A program made the translations under genes and the position numbers. From Candidatus Iainarchaeum sp. (lineage in GTDB: Archaea; Iainarchaeota; Iainarchaeia; Iainarchaeales; 0-14-0-20-34-12), in contig JAUSKK010000046.1 in assembly GCA_030649345.1 (NCBI GenBank), positions 7,824 through 39,823 of the forward strand: 32,000 nt of DNA, read 5' to 3'. The notes beneath the pieces are model-generated. The model ran no database searches. It was given only the letters and a program-made list of their open reading frames with translations, and had not been told where the DNA came from. Shown here piece by piece: positions 8,551-15,457 of the stretch. The first letter of the stretch is position 1. Each line of letters opens with the position of its first letter.

Positions 8551-8904
8551 TTATTTTTCTTCTTCATCGTCTTCTTTTTCAGCCATTTTTCCTTCCAAAC
8601 CTGTTTTCAGCTTGTTTAATCGGTTAATTAGAGATTCTTCTTGCTTGACTAAAGTTTTAACGCGTAAATCGGTTTGTTCGATTAAATCTTGCAATTCTTT
8701 TTTAACAATACTCGCATCTTTTAATACTAAAATATTCCCAACTGCTTTGTATACTTTTTCTTCTTTAGTTTCATTTAATTCTTTTAATGCTTCCGTCAAA
8801 GCTGTTTTTTGCATATCCAATTGATTTTTTTGATTTCCAACCAGCAATAATTGCTGGCGTTTTTTTGCAAATTCTTGAACATCTTGTTGCATTTCAGCTT
8901 CCAT
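8551..8904 (-). CDS. pfdB: prefoldin beta subunit
   Basis: The heptad-rich N- and C-terminal coiled coils flank KVYKAVGNILVLKD, the beta-hairpin core. Size and superoperon position fit. GAGGTG lies upstream of the ATG. Confidence 0.85.
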   Translation of the reverse strand: MEAEMQQDVQEFAKKRQQLLLVGNQKNQLDMQKTALTEALKELNETKEEKVYKAVGNILVLKDASIVKKELQDLIEQTDLRVKTLVKQEESLINRLNKLKTGLEGKMAEKEDDEEEK

Positions 8905-8921
8905 GATTACACACCTCTAAG

Positions 8922-9158
8922 TTAATTGAAATTTTTGATTAAATCGTACGTTAAAACAATTCCTTGCAATAACGAACGCACAGTAGCTCGCAAAGCAAAC
9001 AAATCTGTCGCATTCACTTTTAAAATCAATTTATTTTTTTGAACCAAAAGTTTTGCTTGAGATCTGCGCTCATAGCTTTTATTTAATTCAATAAATACAC
9101 ATTCTTTAATTTGCTGAGCTAACTCAGCGGATTCAAATTCCAATTCCAAAGAAAACAA
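8922..9158 (-). CDS. pcc1: KEOPS complex subunit Pcc1-like
   Basis: LELEFESAELAQQIKECVFIEL...KLILKVNATDLFALRATVRSLLQGIVLTYDLI matches the Pcc1 pattern (EFxS..A..i, ..a.D..aLRA.lnS.Lr.i). The track ORF (to 9236) overlaps rpoP, so I trimmed it to the in-frame TTG at 9158, just after the rpoP stop. The start codon remains uncertain. Confidence 0.7.
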   Translation of the reverse strand: MFSLELEFESAELAQQIKECVFIELNKSYERRSQAKLLVQKNKLILKVNATDLFALRATVRSLLQGIVLTYDLIKNFN

Positions 9159-9163
9159 TTGAC

Positions 9164-9295
9164 TTAAATGACTTGAATTTCTTTGGTGATGGGTGATCTT
9201 TGTTTTATTAAAATTTTCCCTGCGCAATTGGGACATCGAATCATTCCTTTAGGTAATTCTTTGAGTTCAGAAGTGCATTTAATACATTTATACAT
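9164..9295 (-). CDS. rpoP: DNA-directed RNA polymerase subunit P (Rpo12/RpoP)
   Basis: My own translation gives MYKCIKCTSELKELPKGMIRCPNCAGKILIKQRSPITKEIQVI*. This has a CxxC...CxxC zinc ribbon followed by GxKIL.K.R, the RpoP signature. AGGTGAAATCATG forms the SD and start, identical to the rpl37ae start context. The position between rpl37ae and pfdB is the canonical one. The gene is too short for the ORF track. Confidence 0.8.
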   Translation of the reverse strand: MYKCIKCTSELKELPKGMIRCPNCAGKILIKQRSPITKEIQVI

Positions 9296-9303
9296 GATTT
9301 CAC

Positions 9304-9723
9304 CTATTCTTTATCTTCTTCCAAAACTTCATCGATTTGGGGTTCAATTGTTTTTATTTTTTCTTTATGTTTTGGTTTTTCTGTTTTAACAATTTCATGT
9401 TCTTTTACTTTTTCAACTATTTTTTTTTCTTTTAACTGAGTTAATTCAGTTTCCAGTGCAGCAAATTGTTTTTGTTTAACAGATCGATTTACCAGTCTTC
9501 CACTCATGGTAGTAGGCGTGTATGCTCCACCGGCAAAAGAAGCATTACATGAATTGCATTCAAATAATCCTGCTGCTTTACGTATAACTTTGGGTTTTTC
9601 ACAAAACGGGCATACATGTTTTTTTCGTTGTTCTAATTCTACTTTTAAAACACGGGCTTTTACACCGCGGCCATACCTTGACCCATATCTTCCAGTATGC
9701 AATACTTTTTTAGTGTCTGCCAT
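9304..9723 (-). CDS. rpl37ae: 50S ribosomal protein L37Ae (eL43) with ~50-aa K/E-rich C-terminal extension
   Basis: TGRYGSRYGRGVKARV and CPFCEKPKVIRKAAGLFECNSCNASFAGGAY form the eL43 zinc ribbon. I prefer the ATG at 9723, preceded by AGGTGAAATC. The tail is KEKKIVEKVKEHEIVKTEKPKHKEKIK...EEDKE. Confidence 0.9.
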   Translation of the reverse strand: MADTKKVLHTGRYGSRYGRGVKARVLKVELEQRKKHVCPFCEKPKVIRKAAGLFECNSCNASFAGGAYTPTTMSGRLVNRSVKQKQFAALETELTQLKEKKIVEKVKEHEIVKTEKPKHKEKIKTIEPQIDEVLEEDKE

Positions 9724-9727
9724 GATT

Positions 9728-10540
9728 TCACCTTTTTCCGCCTGCAAATTTCTTTAATTGACTTCGCAGTTCGTCTCCTTTTTCAAAAGCAATATCAATA
9801 CAGTGATCTACTTCACTTTGAGTAAAACTTCCGTGGCCTCCTTTTTGGAGAGCACTGAATTTTTTTCCTTCAAAGGTTGCAATAGAAAATCGAGCAGACA
9901 TTGCTTTTTCTTCAGCATAACTTGTATCCACTACAATTTGGTTTCCAATTTTGGCAAAAGTCGTCAAAATAGGAAGATTGGTTAATTCTAATTTTCCTTC
10001 AAATTCTCCGCGAACAATTTTATTTTCTTCCAATTTTGGAACACGGCAATTCATTAAAGCTGCCATGGAAGACAATGAACAAGTATCAAACAAATTGCCT
10101 GCATGATTAATTACATACGAGTCAATGAATACAACCCAACATTTTTCTCCTGCAACCAAAGACAATTTTTTAAAATCTAAAGTCTTGGCTTCCCGAATTC
10201 CTCGATCAACTACCCTGGATAATTCAATGGCTTCAGTTTTCGGCGGTCCTGATTCAAATGTAGGAGATGCTAAAGGCAATAATTCTACTCCAACTGAAAT
10301 AGTTCCTTCATCTGGATTGTCTGGATAAGGTTTATCTACAATCATTTTAACTCCAGTAATCGATTGGCTTTCACCTAAAAAAGCACGAGCACTACCGTCT
10401 GCGTTTTCGCTGACATTGGTTTCAATTTTTAAAGTTCTGTAATCTAATAAATCGCGTCCATCCATTCTTTTTCCTTGTTTAATGGATTTTAAAACTTCTT
10501 CGGATCGCAATTCCCAAATAATATCTTCTTTTGTACTCAT
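9728..10540 (-). CDS. rrp42: exosome complex RNase PH-like subunit Rrp42
   Basis: RMDGRDLLDYRTLKIETNV..ADGSA is an RNase PH domain fold. The gene follows rrp41, and the rrp41 stop overlaps this ATG as TAATG. AGGTGG lies upstream. Confidence 0.9.
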   Translation of the reverse strand: MSTKEDIIWELRSEEVLKSIKQGKRMDGRDLLDYRTLKIETNVSENADGSARAFLGESQSITGVKMIVDKPYPDNPDEGTISVGVELLPLASPTFESGPPKTEAIELSRVVDRGIREAKTLDFKKLSLVAGEKCWVVFIDSYVINHAGNLFDTCSLSSMAALMNCRVPKLEENKIVRGEFEGKLELTNLPILTTFAKIGNQIVVDTSYAEEKAMSARFSIATFEGKKFSALQKGGHGSFTQSEVDHCIDIAFEKGDELRSQLKKFAGGKR

Positions 10541-11298
10541 TATTCCACCTTGTTTTCTTTGCTGGATTCAGCTTGAATATATTTTTCTTTCAATGCATTT
10601 TTTTGCAGTTCGTATACTTTTTTGCATGCTTTTAATCCCAAATCAATGGCTTTCGTCCATTCGTCTTTGGTTATAACGCCGTCCATTTGCAGTAATACAA
10701 TTTCTTCTGTACTAGGCAAAATAGCCATCGGCATATCCACGGCATCCGAAGCATCTTCTTCGTCTTTGTTTAAGTCAACCAAAATATGACCGCCGGCTTT
10801 TCCTACAGCTACAGCTGCAACCATATCTCGCATTGGAATTCCAGCATCGGCTAAAGCAACACTGGCTGCAGTAATGGCCGCAACTCTACTCCCGGCATTG
10901 CTGTCTAAAATTTCAACGTAAATATCAATCACTGCATTTGGAAATTTTTCCAAGAAAATAGTTTTCTCGAAAGCTTCACCGCATACTTTGGAAATTTCAA
11001 TATCTCTTCTTCCAGGCTTTGGATTTTTTCGATCGGGTACTGAAAAAGAAGCCATTCGATAAACAAAATTTACGTTAGCCTTGGTTGGATCTTGAGTATG
11101 TGCGGGCAATGCTTCTCTAGGACCATATACTCCGGCAATAATTTTATTTTGACCCCACTCCAGATAACAAGAGCCATCGGCTCTAGGCAATACACCGGAA
11201 GTAATTTTTATTTTTCTAGTTTCATCTACTTTTCGTCCATCTAAACGCAAACCTTGTTTGTTCACATACACAGGTTCTTCATTATTTTTGTTACTCAT
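10540..11298 (-). CDS. rrp41: exosome complex exonuclease Rrp41 (RNase PH-type catalytic subunit)
   Basis: LRLDGRKVDETRKIKITSGVLPRADGSCYLEWGQNKI, the RRDIE and SNAGSRVAAITAASVALADAGIPM blocks. I prefer the ATG at 11298, preceded by GAGGAGATTGT. Confidence 0.9.
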   Translation of the reverse strand: MSNKNNEEPVYVNKQGLRLDGRKVDETRKIKITSGVLPRADGSCYLEWGQNKIIAGVYGPREALPAHTQDPTKANVNFVYRMASFSVPDRKNPKPGRRDIEISKVCGEAFEKTIFLEKFPNAVIDIYVEILDSNAGSRVAAITAASVALADAGIPMRDMVAAVAVGKAGGHILVDLNKDEEDASDAVDMPMAILPSTEEIVLLQMDGVITKDEWTKAIDLGLKACKKVYELQKNALKEKYIQAESSKENKVE

Positions 11299-11962
11299 AC
11301 AATCTCCTCTTTTGATCTGTTTCATTTTGAGCCAAAGATTCTGTAATTTTGGCTGGATTTTCTATAAAAAATTGTTCCATTTTTTGAGTTAAATTACTTA
11401 AATGTGCTTCGTTTTCAATTTTTTCAATTGCTTTTTTTAATAAATTAATATCTCCGCCTTTAACCCAAATTCGTCCATTGCGTCCGACCACAATCAAAGA
11501 TTGGGTTCCTTTTTTGATAACTTCCAGCATGCTTCCGCTTTTTCCAATCAGCCTAGGAACTTTTACTGGGGTAATGGTTAAAACTGTTCCGCCTTGTTGG
11601 GTGCGAACATCTGAAATCTTAGCTTCATGGGTTTCATCAATATCTTCAATACGCACACTAACTACTTCTCCAGGCCGTAAAGAATATCGAAATTCTTTTT
11701 TGGATAAAAACGAAGGATAAAAAGCAGCAATGTCAATCATAAAACCAGAAAATTCTTCTTTTTTTACAATTCCAATTACAATATCATTAATTTTAGGAAT
11801 ATATTTTCCACGCAAAGGAACAACATCTGCAACAGGAGATTCATCGTTCACTAAGCCTACGCAGGCAGCATAAATTTTTCCATTTTGAGAATAAACATAA
11901 TCTCCAGTTCGTTTGGCTTCTTCGCTTACCAATTCTCCGGGAACAACCAATCGTTTAGACAT
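11291..11962 (-). CDS. rrp4: exosome complex RNA-binding subunit Rrp4 (S1 + KH)
   Basis: N-terminal VVPGELV, the S1 region YIPKINDIVIGIV and the KH region IGKSGSMLEVIKKGTQSLIVVGRNGRIW. GGAGG lies 8 nt upstream of the ATG. Confidence 0.85.
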   Translation of the reverse strand: MSKRLVVPGELVSEEAKRTGDYVYSQNGKIYAACVGLVNDESPVADVVPLRGKYIPKINDIVIGIVKKEEFSGFMIDIAAFYPSFLSKKEFRYSLRPGEVVSVRIEDIDETHEAKISDVRTQQGGTVLTITPVKVPRLIGKSGSMLEVIKKGTQSLIVVGRNGRIWVKGGDINLLKKAIEKIENEAHLSNLTQKMEQFFIENPAKITESLAQNETDQKRRLYE

Positions 11963-12013
11963 TTAAAATTCCTCCAGGAATTTTAATAATTCAAAATTAC
12001 ATTTTGAAAACAT
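11963..12013 (-). promoter_or_regulatory. recurrent AT-rich leader/promoter module + SD, copy E (upstream of rrp4)
   Basis: The reverse complement reads TCAAAATGTAATTTTGAATTATTAAAATTCCTGGAGGAATTTTAAATG. Confidence 0.5.
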
Positions 12014-12050
12014 ATTGAAAAAGTACCTCATTTTAAGTATTTTAGTGCAT

Positions 12051-12764
12051 TTAAACCTGTTTTTGGTCTAAAATTCGGGTTTCGGCTCTGCCTTGGGAGA
12101 GCTTATTAACAATATTAAACAATTCATTTTTTAATCCTGCTGGGATGCTTACAACCAGGATTAAGCTGCCATCGCGTTGCCATTCTTGTTTGCTGGTCTC
12201 AAAGTCTCGTAAAGCATTGGGCGCCTTGGGTGCAAACTCTGCTGGAATTCGGACAGCAATGTCTAATTTTTCAAAAGCAATGGGAATAATTTTCTTAATT
12301 TCTTTTAACACCAGTTGAACTTGTTCTGCAGTAGGCTTTAATGGGTCAATGGAAACTTTAGCTTCTTCCATGGCTAATTCAATTCTTTGCAAAGGATGCG
12401 GATTTTTAGTCTGAGGATCAATGGCATTGCGCATAATGACTTGGATAATTTCTTTTCTCTTTTTTTCTTTCAATTCTTTTCTTTGTTCAGTAGTTAATTG
12501 AACTTCTCCTTTGAGAATAATCTGCCGAACCACTTCTTTTAAGTCAGCAGTCTGAAAAGCTTTTTGAATAGTTTCCGGAGATTGTTCTTCTCCTTTATGA
12601 GCATCTTTGAATACTTTGTCAATAGCAATCAAGTCATCAAATTTTACAGGCTGACCAGATTTCAAAGCCAAAGCTAAATTGGGGTCAACCAAAGCTTCAA
12701 ATTTATGCCCGGCTTTTTCCAAGCGAGCAATGACAGCTTCATTTATTTTAACCACAAAAATCAC
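12051..12764 (-). CDS. sdo1: ribosome maturation protein SDO1/SBDS homolog
   Basis: ARLEKAGHKFEALVDPNLALALKSG...VFKDAHKGEEQS...LKGEVQLTTEQRKE is the typical SBDS N-terminal FYSH domain plus central domain. The start is a GTG overlapping the upstream gene's TGA (GTGA at 12761-12764). Confidence 0.85.
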   Translation of the reverse strand: MIFVVKINEAVIARLEKAGHKFEALVDPNLALALKSGQPVKFDDLIAIDKVFKDAHKGEEQSPETIQKAFQTADLKEVVRQIILKGEVQLTTEQRKELKEKKRKEIIQVIMRNAIDPQTKNPHPLQRIELAMEEAKVSIDPLKPTAEQVQLVLKEIKKIIPIAFEKLDIAVRIPAEFAPKAPNALRDFETSKQEWQRDGSLILVVSIPAGLKNELFNIVNKLSQGRAETRILDQKQV

Positions 12765-13126
12765 TCAAGTTCAGTTCTAATAATTTCCATGTGCATATCA
12801 GAAATAATCACTAAAGAATTTTTAAACTTCTCGGAAGAATGAAGTTCTAAAATAGACAAAAATTTAGCGGTTACATTGGCAGATTTTTGATTGGAAAACC
12901 TCAGAACAATAATACCTGAATGTTTAACAAGTTTTTGGCGGGATAAATTCAAAAAATCTTTATCGTGAGTCAAAATAATTCGTTTTTCAGCAACGGCTAA
13001 TTCTAAAATACGAAGATCAGAAATTCCAAATAATTTTTCTTCTTTAATATCTTTAACAGTATGACCTGCAGTTCGCAATGCTTTAACCAAACGCATAGAA
13101 ACGTTTTCGTCAGCTAAAAATAACAT
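12761..13126 (-). CDS. DUF5615-like PIN-related domain protein (putative toxin of a DUF433/DUF5615 pair)
   Basis: MLFLADENVSMRLVKALRTAGHTVKDI...ILTHDKDF matches the DUF5615/Mut7-C-like pattern, which is normally paired with DUF433. I prefer the ATG at 13126, 1 nt after the DUF433 stop. Confidence 0.6.
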   Translation of the reverse strand: MLFLADENVSMRLVKALRTAGHTVKDIKEEKLFGISDLRILELAVAEKRIILTHDKDFLNLSRQKLVKHSGIIVLRFSNQKSANVTAKFLSILELHSSEKFKNSLVIISDMHMEIIRTELE

Positions 13127-13127
13127 G

Positions 13128-13352
13128 TTACTTACCAACAACAATTAGTTCTTCGTGTTTCATGGCTTTAGCTGCATAATCCACAGCGGCCAAAACATCT
13201 TCTCGCTTCAAATGAGGATATTCAACTAAAATGTCTCCCATTTCAGTACCGGATGCCAATAATTCAAGAATGAATTCTACAGAAATTCGCGTACCTTTAA
13301 TAATAGGCTTTCCGCTCAAAATTTTGGAGTCAAATATAATTCGGGATTGCAT
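13128..13352 (-). CDS. DUF433-like protein (putative antitoxin partner)
   Basis: ILSGKPIIKGTRISVEFILELLASGTEMGDILVEYPHLKREDVLAAVDYA matches the DUF433 pattern (G.P.i.GTRi.V..il..l..G.s...il..yP.lt.edi.aAl.ya). Confidence 0.65.
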   Translation of the reverse strand: MQSRIIFDSKILSGKPIIKGTRISVEFILELLASGTEMGDILVEYPHLKREDVLAAVDYAAKAMKHEELIVVGK

Positions 13353-13415
13353 GTAAAACTAGTGGTTTAAAGCATATAAATACCTTTCCAGATTTTCCAG
13401 AAAACTATTTAAACA

Positions 13416-13423
13416 CCCCCCCC
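13416..13423 (+). repeat. C8 homopolymer 12 nt upstream of the Cys-rich lipoprotein start codon
   Basis: aaacaCCCCCCCCttaatactcacATG. This is the only G/C homopolymer of this length that I noticed in an otherwise AT-rich window. Confidence 0.6.
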
Positions 13424-13434
13424 TTAATACTCAC

Positions 13435-13770
13435 ATGCAAAACAAAATTTTACTAATAGGATTGATTGCACTAGCCTTAATTTTACTCGGATGCACGCAA
13501 GGAACTGTAAACTTAGGATGTCAAATACAAAATTGTGGTCATGCAGTTCAAAATCCAACCTGTGGACCTGTTCCAATAGATCAACAATGCCCAGCTATTG
13601 CAAAATTTGAAGATTATTGTTTAAAATTTGTAGACTGTTCAACTGAAAATAATTCTTGCACAACTCAAATAGAACCAGAATACAATTCATGTTACGATTG
13701 TTTCATGTCATGTAAAAATCAAGAAAATCAAAAAGTATGCATGGATTCATGCCAAGAACAATTCAAATAA
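13435..13770 (+). CDS. small secreted cysteine-rich putative lipoprotein
   Basis: Signal peptide with a lipobox-like LLGC (MQNKILLIGLIALALILLGC). The ~90-aa mature part contains 12 further Cys. No family was recognised. Confidence 0.55.
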   Translation: MQNKILLIGLIALALILLGCTQGTVNLGCQIQNCGHAVQNPTCGPVPIDQQCPAIAKFEDYCLKFVDCSTENNSCTTQIEPEYNSCYDCFMSCKNQENQKVCMDSCQEQFK

Positions 13771-13796
13771 AAAAATTTATCTTTTAAAAGAAAAAT

Positions 13797-14534
13797 TTAT
13801 TGCCCGTTTTTTCCGAGAATGGCTTTCAGTTCTTTCAAGCTGAACAATTGAAATGGTTTATTGGCTTGAATAAAAGCAATGTCAATTTTTTTCAAGTCAA
13901 ATTTTTCGTCTTTTTCTTTGCTGGCTTTAATGGCTTTAATGGCCAATTGCACTGCTTGTTCTATAGAAAGTTTTTCGGAATATTCTGCTTCCAATACTTG
14001 CATGGCTTCAGTTTTTCCTTTTCCAATAGCGACTGCTCGATATTCAGCTAAGGCTCCTGAAGGTTCGGTTTCAAATAATCTTAATCCAGTATCATCAATT
14101 CCACCAAAAATTAAGCTGACACCAAAAGGGCGCATTCCAGCGTATTGAGTAAAAATTTGTTTAATAGAAGAAATTTCTTTCACTAAAGTTTCTACATGAA
14201 TCGCATCATCGTACATCATTCGGTTGTCTTGTGCATTTTGTCGTGCAATAGTAACCAATCTTCGAGCATCTCCAACCAAACCAGAACTGACAACTCCAAC
14301 ATGATCGTCTACTTTGAATACTTTTTCAATTGAATTCGGTAAAACCAAAGAACTAACTACATGTTTGTCGGCAGCCAATAAAATTCCGCCATTGTAAACC
14401 ATTCCAACTCCAATGGTTCCTTGTTCTACAATTCTAGAAGCATATTCTACTTGATACAGTCTTCCTTTCGGGGAAAACATGGTAGCAACCCGATCATAAC
14501 CTGAAGTCTTTGCATTCTGAGAAGGAATATTCAT
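13797..14534 (-). CDS. psmA: proteasome subunit alpha
   Basis: YDRVATMFSPKGRLYQVEYA is the alpha-subunit N-terminal signature. GVVSSGLVGDARRLV and FGVSLIFGGID are also present. TTGGTGAT precedes the ATG. Confidence 0.95.
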   Translation of the reverse strand: MNIPSQNAKTSGYDRVATMFSPKGRLYQVEYASRIVEQGTIGVGMVYNGGILLAADKHVVSSLVLPNSIEKVFKVDDHVGVVSSGLVGDARRLVTIARQNAQDNRMMYDDAIHVETLVKEISSIKQIFTQYAGMRPFGVSLIFGGIDDTGLRLFETEPSGALAEYRAVAIGKGKTEAMQVLEAEYSEKLSIEQAVQLAIKAIKASKEKDEKFDLKKIDIAFIQANKPFQLFSLKELKAILGKNGQ

Positions 14535-14765
14535 TAAAAATCACCAATCACTTTAATTCTATAAATCTCTTTATTCTATTTTAGATATATTAAGAGTACA
14601 TTAACAAAACCTATAAAAACCTTGCATTTGTAGGCTTTACTCCCCAAAATTCTTTAAATCAATCAAACAACACAGCCCATTTTCAGTAATCTTAGACAGA
14701 TTTTGATTCACAGCAAAAAGTATAAATACAAGTTATACTACAGTATTACTGGAGGTTATACTTTT

Positions 14766-15026
14766 ATGGTGGAAATTACAATGACCGTAGGTCCAAAAGG
14801 ACAGGTGGTAATTCCAAAAGTCTTGAGAGATGAATACGGGATTTTGCCAAATGATAAAGTAATTGTGAAAGAAAGCCCGAATGGAATTATTATTTCCAAA
14901 CCCAAGCTGGATGTAGCCAATATTTTCAGAGAACTTGGAAAAAATGGACCGCAAATTAAAAAAATTAGTTCTCATTTTTACGAAAAAGAATCAGAAGAAC
15001 GATGGCAGAAGGCGAAACCTAAATGA
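14766..15026 (+). CDS. vapB: AbrB/SpoVT-family antitoxin (VapB-like)
   Basis: MVEITMTVGPKGQVVIPKVLRDEYGILPNDKVIV is a swapped-hairpin AbrB/MazE motif. I prefer the ATG at 14766 over the track's TTG at 14703, and GGAGG lies at 14751-14755. The stop overlaps the vapC ATG (ATGA). Confidence 0.75.
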   Translation: MVEITMTVGPKGQVVIPKVLRDEYGILPNDKVIVKESPNGIIISKPKLDVANIFRELGKNGPQIKKISSHFYEKESEERWQKAKPK

Positions 15027-15457
15027 AAGTTTATTTAGATGCCAATGTATTCATTTGCGCAGCGATTAGTTCTCCAGAGCTTCGCACACAAGCTGTTGCA
15101 ATTATTCAAGCAGTTCAAGAAGAAAAAGTTGAAGCTTTAACCAGTATTTTAACCTGGGACGAAGTTGTATACGTTATAAAAAAATTGGATACAACTTCTG
15201 CAGCCATTGAAGCAGGATTTGCATTCCTAAATTTTAGTCAACTGCAAATAGTAAATGCTACAAAAAATACTGGCTTGGAAGCATTGGAAGCCATTCGAGA
15301 GCACAAGCTTTTGCCCAGAGATGCCATTCATTATGCAACCATGAAAATTGAAAACATAACTGAAATTGTAAGCGAAGATTCAGACTTTGACAAAATCAAA
15401 ACAATTAAACGTTATTCTATTAAAGAATTTTCAGAAAAAATAAACAAACTTCACTAA
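15023..15457 (+). CDS. vapC: PIN-domain ribonuclease toxin (VapC-like)
   Basis: MKVYLDANVFI carries the first acidic residue. TWDEV, PRDAIHYA and SEDSDFD supply the remaining PIN acidic residues. There is a 4-nt ATGA overlap with the antitoxin gene. Confidence 0.8.
   Translation: MKVYLDANVFICAAISSPELRTQAVAIIQAVQEEKVEALTSILTWDEVVYVIKKLDTTSAAIEAGFAFLNFSQLQIVNATKNTGLEALEAIREHKLLPRDAIHYATMKIENITEIVSEDSDFDKIKTIKRYSIKEFSEKINKLH

Noticed and set aside
9183-9389. 68-aa plus-strand ORF spanning the rpoP/rpl37ae junction
   Set aside because: It lies antisense to two well-supported minus-strand genes (rpoP and rpl37ae).
13771-13796. AAAAATTTAT-CTTTTAAAAG-AAAAATTTAT (direct repeat flanking a perfect 10-bp palindrome) between the convergent lipoprotein and psmA genes
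   Set aside because: I considered it as an insertion scar or att site for the accessory block. It is short and low-complexity, and no second copy occurs at the other end of the insert. More likely it is a T/A-rich bidirectional termination spacer.
13800-14148. Plus-strand ORFs 13800-14051 and 13879-14148
   Set aside because: They lie antisense to the proteasome alpha subunit gene, and no motifs are present.
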